From NCBI GenBank assembly GCA_010909165.1, contig MU008200.1, positions 310,001 to 374,000 on the forward strand: a stretch of 64,000 nucleotides of DNA, read 5' to 3'. The notes under the pieces are model-generated. The model was not told the DNA's origin, ran no database searches, and worked only from the letters and a program-made list of their open reading frames with translations. The translations under genes were made by a program, and so were the position numbers. Source of the DNA: Anthoceros angustus (lineage: Eukaryota > Plantae > Anthocerotophyta). Positions 1 to 10,546 of the stretch are shown here, piece after piece. Position 1 is the stretch's first letter; each line of letters starts with the position of its first letter.

Positions 1-797
1 ATGTAAGTGCCTTCAGTGAATCTGTCATGCATTGTACAACTATTAGTGAAGTTGATAAGCTGCACCGCTTCATGGCTGGTTTGAAAGATTGGGCTACTAA
101 CATAATTGAGCTGCATAGATCTACATCGTTAGCAGAAGCTATCATAGCAGTAGGTGCCATTCTTGACACATTCCATTCTAATACATCCAACTCCTCCAGA
201 AGATTTCGAGGCAATACCCGTGGTCGATATGCCCAAACTAGAAGAAGTTTTAATAGTGCCAGCAGAGGAGCTGCCAAGGACACTAGCGGATATGAAATTG
301 CAAGAGGCAATTTAAGAGGAAATTTCTGTGGAAGAAATCGAGGAGCACGTAGAGGCCACGGAGTTTAGAGAATAGTCACAATGGGTTCTCGAAAAGGAGT
401 CTGCTACTCTTGTGGAGAGCGAGCACATTATGCAAATGAATGCTTGAATGTTGAACAGACTCTCAACATCGTAGAAGGAGATCCACAGCCCCGAAGATTC
501 AAGATCACAGAAGTGGCCGGATCCGAGGATCCCAAGTGACGGGATTGGCCACATGTCGCGAAGGCTGCATGTGGTGAGTTTCACGCAAACCTCATGGACT
601 GCGGGAGATTGTTGGATTCCTAGCAGAGAGAGAAGCACTTGCTGTTCGTCGTAATGTACCAGAGTATTTGATAAAGGCTTTGTGGTTATGCAGATCCTGT
701 CTGGGTTTCACGTGAAGATGTGCAACAAAGATCATGGATGATCTCGCGTTACATTGGAGGTCATTGAGGACAATGACATCTTCCCAGTGGGGGAGAG
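1..797 (+). mobile_element. Ty3/Gypsy chromovirus (family A), internally deleted: gag C-terminus joined almost directly to the chromodomain and PPT
   Basis: Gag-like ORF 27-368 (DKLHRFMAGLKDW...). CCHC knuckle CYSCGERAHYANEC at ~402-443. 596-770 matches the chromodomain region at 34054-34230 in reverse complement. PPT GGGGGAGAG at 789-797. Confidence 0.8.
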
Positions 798-1854
798 AGT
801 AACGGCACTAGTGAAATAAGGTAGAAAAGTGAAAAGTTAAAAGAATTGCTATAGCCACTAATGAAGAGCTGCCTACAGAGGACTCTTAGTGATTAGTGGT
901 CTATAAGAATCCCCAGAGTTAACAGCTACCTAGTTGAGGTCAGGCTGCGAGATATATAAGGGCTTTGAGGACACTCATGAAGAGAGCAGGCAAGCATATC
1001 ATCTCTAAGAAAGAGAGAGCTCAAACCTTTGTGTAAAGGATGGAGAGGAATTGTTGTAGCCACTAATGAAGAGCTACCTAGAAAGGACTCTTAATGATCA
1101 GTGGTCTGCAAAAATTCCTTGAGTTAGTAGCTCCCTAGTTAAGGCAAGTCTGCGGGATATATAAGGGTGAGAGCAAGGGCTTTGAAAAATCATCTTCATC
1201 ATCATTCAGTTTATGATGCGTTGCAAGCCTTATGTTGAGAGAGCTTTGGAGAGCTTTAGCTAGTGAGCTTGTCGTTGAATCAAGGGCAGTGGCTAGTGAG
1301 CTTGTCGTTGAATCAAGGGCAGTAGCTAGCCAGTTAGGCATAGATAGCCAAACTCAAGTGTGTATGCTATGAATAAAGAGCAGCACCTCAAGGAGGTGGC
1401 CTGTGAGTCATCAGTGGACGGTAGGCTACTTAGAGCCTAGTCACGAGTCATCGGTGCGAGTCATCGGTGGTGAGGCTACTTAGAGCCTAGTCACGAGTCA
1501 TCGGTGGTGCTACTTAGAGCCTAGTCAGTCATCGGTGCGAGTCATTAGTGGATGAGGCTACTTAGAGCCTAGTGCGAGTCATCGTGGACTGCGAGTCATT
1601 AGTGGACGGTGAGCTACTTAGAGCCTAGTCGAGTCATCGATGGTGCGAGTCATTAGTGGACGGTAGGCTACTTAGAGCCTAGTGCGAGTCATCAGTGGAC
1701 TGCGAGTCATTAGTGGACGGTAGGCTACTTAGAGCCTAGTGCTGCGTTGTAAGGTTGAGAGTGCTGAGAATCATGCATGTTTCTTGTGGAGTAAATTGCA
1801 AGGTCCTTGACTGCTGGGAAGCCAGCAAGTTGAGACACTTGCCGCTTCTTTACT
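798..1854 (+). mobile_element. 3' LTR of chromovirus family A (right boundary tentative)
   Basis: Follows the PPT and is homologous to 33541-34023 (reverse complement). TATA boxes (GATATATAAG) at ~951 and ~1157, AATAAA at ~1372. Putative AGTAA...TTACT termini. Confidence 0.65.
1404..1741 (+). repeat. Irregular tandem array inside the LTR: 7 copies of GCTACTTAGAGCCTAGT separated by GAGTCAT-containing units
   Basis: Core copies at ~1425, 1475, 1509, 1557, 1613, 1667 and 1724. Confidence 0.9.
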
Positions 1855-2236
1855 AACCCCCTAGTGAAGGGCATTCCTATGCGTACATAGAAAGAGGAAC
1901 AAAACCGATAACTGTAAAGAAACGGTTCAGAGATCAAGCCAGGAGAAAAGGAGAATAGAATCTCAAAACATCCAGAAAATAGCCCCGGTGTGTTAGGGGT
2001 TTATGACTGGGACAGTGAGGAGAATGACCGTCACGGTCGTCACAGTCTGGTAATCCAGTATATTCCGCATTTCTCACGAAGGTCAATCCTCGAAGAGACC
2101 GAGCCTTGCGTCTACCTCACTCTCCAAGGATCCACCAGAGTTTGATAGATCCACTGTCACAGAGGACTGGAATTCTGATCATCTTGCAAAAGAAATCCAG
2201 GCTATCCGGGTGACCGCAGCATATGGGAGACCTTGT

Positions 2237-4310
2237 TTATCTTACAACCTCCAAAGTGGAAATGCAATGTGTGAATGTGTTAGCAAATCAACCGTGCAAC
2301 ACTCAGACAACTAACTGCCAAGGATGAGCCCACCGGAACTCCAAAAATGCTGCTCTTCACATCCAGTGCCAAGGCTCGTCGCAGAAGATTGCCTCCAAAA
2401 GCAGAATACAAACCTCCACAAGCTAAGATCATCCAATGGATCAAGACCATCGTAGTCTAACCCAGCAACAACCGCAAGAACTGCTGCCACTGGACCCGTG
2501 CATCCAGTCAACGTTGCCACAAGTAGAGCAAATTGCCAGCTGGTAGTGGCACTGTACACTATTATAGCCACCGTTGTACCCCTGGGAAGACCATGCAATG
2601 AGGCTGAAAGTAGCAGGTGCATATCTAGACCAGATGCTTTGAGGCTAGCAATTCCAACTACCAGTCCATCCACAAGGGCATGAAAGGCTACCGTTGTTGA
2701 CACCAGAAGAGCTTGCCTGGCTAGAGGTGATATCTTACCCGGGCCAGAACGCAACACCTCCCTCTTTCCACTTCTGGATTCTCCCCTACAAGAAGCAATA
2801 GCTTCAAGAACCCAAAAAACTGCACACACAGTGCAGAGCCAAGCTATAACCAGAAGGACGCCAGATTGGCCACGCAGCAGTAATTGTGCTGGGCTCCATG
2901 CTGCCACAACAAAGGCAACCCCTGATCCAAGTCCTGGAAGAACCAACGGCGGCATTCTCACCCAGCTTGACAATAGTATGCTAAAAGCACCTCCGATAAA
3001 AGGTCCCAACACAAGAAGCAAAGACGTCACTAAAGCCCATCCAGTTTCCCTGCTGATGCAGAATGCGCAGGATCAGACAACACATCGCAACAACCTTCTG
3101 CAAACAGCAGGACAGGACGTACTATAGTGTTGCTTGGCATAGTCCTTACTTTGGCGCCTGATCATAGCTGCCAAGTAGCGCACTCAAGACCTCCATAAAT
3201 GCTACAGATGCAGTTGCAGCAGATCCTACACAGAAGTCCTGGTTATCAGAATGTATCCAGGGCAACTTCGTACCAAAAAGAATCAGAGTTAGACCAACCA
3301 CCTTCAAGCTATCAGGGATAACTTCTGCAAAGACCATCCAAATCATGCAGCCAGCTGCAAAACCCAGGCAGAATGGCAAGAGCTTGTGGAAGGCCTCTGC
3401 ACATAAAAATGCTGGAACAGCGACTAGCGGCTGCAGTAAACAATGTAGACACACCAATTAGCCGAGCACACTGAACTCAGGTGTTCTCTACAGCTACTAA
3501 GAAAAGAGCAGCAAGGGGAGTGGGAGGTTGGTTGGTTGGTTGCTGGTGATCATTCCTGGTTTGCACCAACGTTCTGCAGCAATTTCCTTCACGTTGCTGA
3601 TATGTAAGGCCTCAGAAACCACTGCTGACGGTGCTTTCAGATAACCACTGCAATCGCAAGAGTTACCATCAGGCCCTGCAAAAGGCCATTCGATCCTGCG
3701 AAGGACACTCCAACACCGGAACTCTCGCCGAACGAGTGCAGAGTCATAATTCCAATAACCAAGACAACTTTCCTTGCATCAACTGCTTTGAGATCAACAA
3801 TCTTCATATCCTCATGACCCTCCAACACCTGCAGAAAAAGCACAAAGAAGTTAAACCATCGCCACCTGTATGTGCGGCTAGAGGTTGAAAGTGAAAGAGG
3901 AGATACACGCTGTGTGGATTATATCATTTCACCGTAAAACGTACAACAGACCTTTTGACAGCACAGAATGAAGAGTTCACCCAGTAGAACCCCTAAGACG
4001 ACCCAGCTTCCACCACCATACTTCTGCCCTTCCTGTATAAGATCAAAACTGGCAGCAGTCATCACCCCCGACGCAATTCCATTGCAAATACCCACCCAGT
4101 GCGTCCGTAGCTCCATAAAGAAAAGAGGAAGTGCGCCGAGCCCCGTTGCTGCTGCCATAGCCAAAGTGAGCAGTGCAACTGTGCGCCTCTCAGAAGATTA
4201 CTGCCATGCAGAGACTGTGCAGGAGCTATCATATTAGCCAGGACGACGACGATGCAGAAAAGAAGAAGAGACGTATGCAAGGTGCAGCTCATTCGCGTCC
4301 CATGAGCCAT
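2237..4310 (-). pseudogene. ZIP-family (At3g08650-type, double ZIP domain) zinc transporter, probable pseudogene
   Basis: Exonic peptides TVALLTLAMAAATGLGALP...ASFDLIQEG, IGIMTLHSFGESSGVGVSFAG...VTLAIAV, QPLVAVPAFLCAEAF...GFAAGCMIWMV, FHALVDGL...SLHGLPRG and C-terminal ...CISTLEVVR*. Lesions: signal peptide out of frame, HNIPEG segment absent, +1 frameshift at ~2438, indel/stop near 2280. Confidence 0.85.
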
Positions 4311-4851
4311 GATGAAAAACAAGCATCAGGTCGAGGCCGTAGACAATCTGCCGAGTCGATAGGGTACTTCCTGCAAGCATGCACATGAGGACCGTCCGGC
4401 TTTGTTGCATGAGGCCTGGGTAAAGTGGGGAAGAAGTACCAACCTGGAAATGTATGTGTAGCCTAAAATAGTTGTCGGCGTGATAAAATGGCGTGAACTT
4501 CAGAAGTGTGAGCAGGCCGGGTCCGATCGGACGTTCCACTCCCGCAAGCCCGTTCCATTCCCGCAAATTCTCCAGCGCGTAATACGCGGAATTCTCGGTA
4601 TCTTTGGGCACCGTTGGCTTGCGTAGCCTGATCTCACCCCCTCCCCTGGCTTTTCCGCTGCGGGCTGGCTGCATTGTGCCGGGATGATGGGTCATTATGC
4701 CTGCGTTAATGGAGAATATCCAGTGTTGCTTCCATTCCCTTCTACTGGCTGTCTTAACAAGTTTTATGATATCTCGTATATCTGCAGCTTTGCAAGTATG
4801 GCGCCTGCCTCTTCTCGGATGTCTGCCTGAGGTAGAAGAGGACCGCAGCAC
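4234..4851 (-). other. Unassigned 205-aa ORF between the ZIP pseudogene and RIT1
   Basis: Open frame with protein-like composition (WKQHWIFSINAG...YYALENLREWNG...LKFTPFYHADNYFRLH) but no recognisable motif. Confidence 0.2.
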
Positions 4852-5160
4852 TTATTGAAAGTTTGTCGTAGCTGAAATCTTCAGGGAGGATACAAGTGTT
4901 ATGTCAGCATGAGCAGGATTTGTTACGTATACATTGTGTTACCATGAAGCTGTGTGGAGTAGGTGAAAATCCCTGTCGCGGACGGGTATAAAGCAAAGAG
5001 AAGATGACCTCATTGTGGGAAAAGGAGGGTTATCCAGAGTGGCAAGATTACTACTTTGTCTGCTACTTTTCTGTTGTATTCCCCTTTGCTCGGTATCTTC
5101 TGGACTGATGCTTGTTCCAGGTTAATCTGTCCTCTCAAGTTTTATGATCCAGAGGATTCT

Positions 5161-7158
5161 ATGGAAAGCATCTACAAACTTTGCCGTCAAATTAAGAAAA
5201 GCGAGAACTCACTCTACAATGCCCTGAGATCAATTTATGAGGATTCACGTTTTGTTGGGGAAATCAGATCGTTGTGGCCAACGCTCCCTGTTCTGGCGAA
5301 TTTGAGGTGTGGGTTGTGGTACAGTACACAGTTCGATGGTGCATGTTACTTCAAGTCCACAGACGGGCACACTGGGAAGTGGTCCTTCAGCACCACTCGC
5401 CTGAACACACATGTTGCGCTCCTTGCAGGTTCTGCCCTCTTAGACTTTCGACGCTCTTTTGGTGTTGGGCTTGGAGAGCAAACATTTGTTGTCTCCTACT
5501 TGTCTAACATATTGCAAGGCCTATGTGGATGGTCTAGTTGTTAACTGGTTGCTAGAGAGGTTGATTTCCTTGTGCATGAGCCTGATCGCCCTGTTCACGT
5601 GCAGCTGAGAGAGGAGGTTGCATGATTGTGGATGCTACTCGCAAAGGGAAGCGATTCCCGGATAGCATGTCCAAAACCATACCTATATGGGCATGTGTTA
5701 TAAATCGAGCGATTGCTGAGTTACGAAAAGCGAAGGGAGAGGAAGATGAAGGTACTGGCTTGAAGGACTGGGATTGCTCGTTGCATCTACCTTTGTGGGT
5801 ATCTAAGACAGAGAAAAAAAATATTGAGGATCAGATTGATGAGTGGGTGCAAAATTTCAAGGATGTAGGTGTAGACCTTGGTCCCCTTATGCTTTCTTTG
5901 AAGAAACCGTTGCAGCCGCTTTGGATTTCTCAAAAGTCTGTCATATGGCTAAATGAGGTCCCAGATGCAAGTTCTTGGTCTTTTACCCCTATAATCCTTA
6001 TTTCAGCTTCCCTTCCGATATCTTCTCCAATCAGAATGAGTGATGGAGAATTTAGTTGGACTTACATACCTGGGGCTGGTGATGATGAAGAGAGCTGGGC
6101 GCGGGGCTTATCTGCCCCACTTTTTTGGAGACATGCATATGAGATCATTAGCTGTGGTCCACAAGGGTGTAAGAAAAAAGTTGCAGACATTTTAGAAAAT
6201 GATCGAGTAAGAAAGGCATTCAGAGGTGTAGAGGCACCACAGATAGGGGTCAATTCTCTGGTTCAGGGAAACGATTGGTTTAGGAGGGTGAATTCCTGTC
6301 AACACTCTACTGGTATTAAAGGAGTATATCGCATTGGTGCAACTGGGCTAGCTATAAGCAGTGTCGAAACTGGTAAGCACTTCCACCTTTTGCTCTCTGA
6401 TTCTTTTGCAATGATGACTTTCTCTGTGACCTTGGTCCCTAAGTGGTTGTGAGGACACATGGTTTCAGGATTAGCAAAAGAAGTTGTAGAGCTGTTCGGT
6501 TGCTTCATAAACTGTGCCGCATCAGCCGCAGACTGTGGATCCAACAACCTCAATTTGCAAATAGTGGTAAGTTTGAACACTCTAGAGTTTGTGAAGACCG
6601 CTATAAGCCTGCATGAACTGACCTTGATCCCATCAGGACTCGAAACGTGGGAGGCACAGTCTGCTAAACATGGTCCCAGCATTGGTTGTCTTTGCCAGAC
6701 AGAAATTAGATGAGGGCAACACAGTCCTCATTTTATGTTCTACTGGTAACACTACTTAAACCCTAACTATTTAATATGAACACCGAGGTTAAGTGGTTGA
6801 GATCAGCTGGTCTGGATGCAGGAGAAGATATCGCCGTCTGCGTGTGTTTGGCGATCCTCCTCTCGTGCTTCAGGTCCACAGGTACATCTTCAACGTTTCT
6901 TGGACATGTGCTTCAGCACTTTCTTTGCAGAAGACGTTTATCTAACATATACCTCTGTCGCTGCCACCTTTCACAGGGGCGTCCGATTACGAAAGAGCTC
7001 CTTTCTCAGGTGCCATATCGAGATCAGATATGAGGCAATGTCTGGCATTTGTATCAGGTTTCCACACACATGCACGACCGAGCCGTGGGAATTTGAAGCA
7101 AGTATTTAATTCCCTGCTGCGTGAGAAACCTAGCGTTTCGAGTCAGAACGTGGGGTAG
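5161..7158 (+). CDS. RIT1: Initiator tRNA A64 2'-O-phosphoribosyl transferase (Rit1 family); exons 5161-5428, 5605-6372, 6469-6566, 6637-6745, 6822-6881, 6977-7158
   Basis: Family motifs ANLRCGLWY, YFKSTDGH, GGCMIVDATRKGKRFPDSMSKTIPIW, YIPGAGDDEESWARGL, LILCSTGED and ARPSRGNLKQVF. All five introns are GT-AG and keep frame. An extra upstream exon cannot be excluded. Confidence 0.93.
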
Positions 7159-7210
7159 GGCGCGATCATGTTTTAAGGACCGGCTTAACCCCGAAATGGC
7201 CTCCCCAAAT

Positions 7211-7470
7211 CATTGAGTTTGTTTCCGCTCAACGATTTGAGTTCGTTTCCGCTCAACCATTTGAGTTCGTTCGCGCTCAACCATTTGAGTTCGTTCCCGC
7301 TCAACCATTTGAGTTCGTTCCCGCTCAACCATTTGAGTCTGTTCCGGCTCAACCATTTGAGTTTGTTCTCGCTCAACCATTTGAGTTTGTTCCCGCTCAA
7401 CCATTTGAGTCTGTTGCCGCTCAACCTGTCGAATCTGTCTCCGCCCAACCAGTTGAGTTGTTTCCCCTCA
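7211..7470. repeat. 24-bp minisatellite, ~10-11 copies of CCGCTCAACCATTTGAGTTCGTTC
   Basis: Exact 24-nt periodicity. Each unit contains the inverted repeat CTCAA-CCAT-TTGAG. No unique spacers. Confidence 0.95.
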
Positions 7471-7846
7471 ATCCATTGATTACCCCTTCTAAATTCAGTG
7501 TCGCGTGCAATCCCCCGCAAATTTTTTCTATTGGAGGATGTCTACGTTCATCGCCACACATCAAGCAAATTGCCTGCGTCTCAATCTCCGAAGAGATCGG
7601 GTTCAAATCGCCTGCATCTCAATCTCCGAAGGGCTCGGGTTTACATTTCGTGCAAACCGAAGAGCTCGGGTTTACATTTTATTTTTCACGGAAAAATATT
7701 TAATGGATTAACATATTATTATGGATCTACCTGTATGTGTCTGGCCTATAGTCTTTGAGAATCCTACTCCCTATGAAGCGCCAACTTTCCAAGACCTCTA
7801 TGGTACATTTCTAATGAATGTAACGCCAGAGCATTGGTATAATAAT

Positions 7847-8390
7847 TTACGTGATACATAATGTCCAAAAGGCCTCATACTCGACGGGTGTGCATCCACG
7901 ACAGGGTGGCACATGATGTCCATAAAGTCCTCGACCTCTATTTGGATCTGGCTGGCCTCCATGGCTGGCCTTTATTCTCCCTTCCAACTCCAACATCTTT
8001 GCCTCAGCAGCCCTTACATTTTCTTGGCTCCTAGCCTCTCTTTCTCGTGCTGCTGCCTCCCGGGCCTTGCTTGCCCTCAACTCCCCCTGGCCTTCCACCA
8101 AGGTACTAGCCATCCTTCTGGCTTCCTTCACATCCAGTGGGCTCAAACGCCCGCATAACTGGAGCACCTCTCCTAACACTCCTAGTTCATGCCTCATGGT
8201 ATGTGCTCCACGCCTGCCATTGTGCTCCACGCCTGCCATTCCATAACTCTCGGGGACCACATCCCCTACCATGGTCCCATCCTAGTCACCGCCTTAGCAC
8301 GACCTCCCGCACTTGTCCCGGCAGTGGGGCCCCCTTGGCCCCATTGTGACCGAATTTCCTTCAACGCAGGGAGCTCCACTGAAGAATATC
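7847..8390 (-). other. Coiled-coil-like ORF remnant, probably TE-derived
   Basis: ORF 7847-8272 with EARRMASTLVEGQGELRASKAREAAAREREARSQE, cut by the LTR at 8398. No diagnostic domain. Confidence 0.25.
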
Positions 8391-8397
8391 ATAGATG

Positions 8398-8668
8398 TGT
8401 TGACGCATATCTAGAGTTTAGGGTTTTAGATAAAGTATTTATATATTGATTAATAGTAATATATATTAATCAAGGATCACATCTTTCCATTAGAGTCACA
8501 CTTGTAAATGGAGAGTCATGTTTAGATAGATATGTCTATTCATTTTAGTTTTAGGTTTCTTTTACTTAGATATATATACATATATTTTTCTTGATTATTT
8601 AATGTGTAATTACTGAATATAAAGTAATTGGTGTACATAGACCTATAAAATTGACATGGTATCAGAGC
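8398..8668 (+). mobile_element. AT-rich 5' LTR (8398-8656) plus tRNA-iMet PBS (8657-8668)
   Basis: TGTTGAC...TTGACA immediately followed by the canonical PBS TGGTATCAGAGC. Confidence 0.75.
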
Positions 8669-8999
8669 ACTATGTAGATTGCATCTGAGAAGATGCACAC
8701 AATCTTTTGCATTGAAAAATATGCACAAACATGTATATTTTGTAATTTCTTCTTTAGAAATTAAGTCTAATTTCAAGAAAGTACATTTATATTAATTTAT
8801 TGTATAAATTCTATGAAGAATCTGCAATTACGGCATTTATCCTAGTGCACCTCCATCATATTGCTTTCACAAAACAATTCTAATAGATATACACTAGGAC
8901 AAGTGCCTTATTGGAATAAATTGTTAATAGAAATTACAAAGAAAAAGAAAATGCAGTGTTTCTACATTTTAAAAAAAAAACAAATCCAGGCCAAATGCA

Positions 9000-10165
9000 A
9001 TGGCTGACTTGGAGGATCAGCAGAGGCAATTGCCGCTTGCTGAAATGATCCCAAACAAAAGAAATCGGCGCAGGAATCCTGATAGGCGACATGTCACATG
9101 CAGATCAATTACATCGCACAGTGTATGAATGGAATCACAAGAACCAAAATCTGTCCATGCAAATTGCTGAATTGAAGGAGGCGTTCAATACAATAATTGA
9201 TACGCTATTTCCTAGTGAATGCAATTTGGTATTTGCTCTCCCCCCTCGCAATCAACAGAATTTACCTGAAGTTCATGTAATACGTGCGTTTGATGGCCGT
9301 GGCAACCCACGCAGCTTCCTGACTACACACGTCGCTCCACAAACTCTTGTGAGCACACTACTTTAGAGAATTGAAGCACATGATCAGCATGTAAATTCTG
9401 GCTAAAATATCAATCAGAATATCGCAGCAGTAAGCGTTGATGTGCAAGACTTGAAGGAGCAAATCGAGCATATCGAATTCAAGTTACTAACCCTGATTAA
9501 GCCTGAGGTGTTGAAGAATCTGATCTTTCAGAGGGATTGCTAGCAAAAACGCACACCAATCCAACCGCAGTAAGAAGTTTGATACACCTAACGCAAGTCC
9601 CTCATGTTCTACGTATACATATAACATATGGGAAATATGGCAGGCGGGTGGAGAGCTCATGTACATACATGAATGTCTAAATAGAGCAGAAGCAAGGATG
9701 CTGCTTGACTTAGCAGCAACACATAGTTTCATTTCTCCTAACAAGGCAAGCAAGCTTGGTTTCACATGGGCTAGTACATCTGAGTTATGTAGAGTGAAAC
9801 AAGCAAGCTAAAGGAATGTTGCAATACATAGGTGAATTGCAAGAAGTGCCTTTGCAAATAGGGAATTGGAATGGAGCAGTGAGCTTCACAGTTGTAGATA
9901 TGGATGATCATGAAATCATCTTGGGATTAGAATGGATGAAGGCCAACAAGGCACAAGGCATGTGTGAACGTGGACTCACGCACCATACAGATTTGAGGAG
10001 ATGAAGAGCACAAAGTGAGTTGTGCAGTTCTCAAGCAGGGGCTTGGAGATAGCATTGATGATATCATCTCTAAGAAAGAGCTCAAAAGTTGTGTAAAGGA
10101 GGGAAAGGAACTCTTTTTACTTTTGCTGCAAGGACAAGAAGATGGTCTTGAGATGGAGTCTCAGG
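9000..10165 (+). mobile_element. Gypsy gag remnant and aspartic protease; 5' half of the family-A copy split by Copia-1
   Basis: RMLLDLAATHSFIS (degenerate DSG/DTG motif), FTVVDMDDHEIILGLEWM. Ends ...LEMESQ at TCAGG adjoining the Copia LTR. Whether 9000-9400 belongs to the same element is uncertain. Confidence 0.7.
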
Positions 10166-10539
10166 TGTTGAGATTGGAAGCTTACCATGCAGGTGTTGAG
10201 ATTGGAAGCTAACCATGCTTCAAGAGGGTCAAAAGTGTCAAGAAAGTAAGTGTTCAGAATTGCAAAACTAAGACCACCTAAATGAGGCCTTAAAACACAA
10301 ATAAAGAGCAACTTTGAGCAAACAATACAAAGACAATAGTCATGGAGCTGAACCTACTATAACTAGCTGATCTCACCCCTTTTTAAACCCTAAAAAGTGT
10401 CACTCACGTTTCCTACTCAATATGAGGTATATGTTTTCCATTTACCCAAGTCTATGTACTTATAGTGAGCTCAATCACCTACATCTTTTACACATAGTCA
10501 TATCCATCTTAACAAACTCAGTAAACTGCATCCTCAACA
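10166..10539 (-). mobile_element. Copia-1 3' LTR (terminal 28 bp duplicated)
   Basis: TGTTGAG...CTCAACA. PPT (TGAGTGGGAG on -) at 10540-10549. Near-identical to 36770-37119 in reverse complement. Confidence 0.9.
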
Positions 10540-10546
10540 CTCCCAC

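Noticed and set aside
1404-1741. CRISPR-like appearance (constant 17-mer with variable gaps)
   Set aside because: The gaps are variants of one another rather than unique spacers, the array lies in a eukaryotic LTR, and there are no cas genes.
5161-7158. Functional link between RIT1 (modifies the tRNA-iMet used as retrotransposon primer) and the adjacent TE cluster
   Set aside because: Proximity only. RIT1 is an ordinary intron-containing gene outside any element.
7185-7520. Repeat-peptide ORFs (LKWLSGNE)n or a CRISPR array
   Set aside because: By-product of a 24-bp minisatellite that is open in several frames. No spacers.
10384-10394. AAACCCTAA telomere-like motifs in Copia-1 LTRs and at ~6758
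   Set aside because: Single telo-box occurrences, not telomeric arrays.
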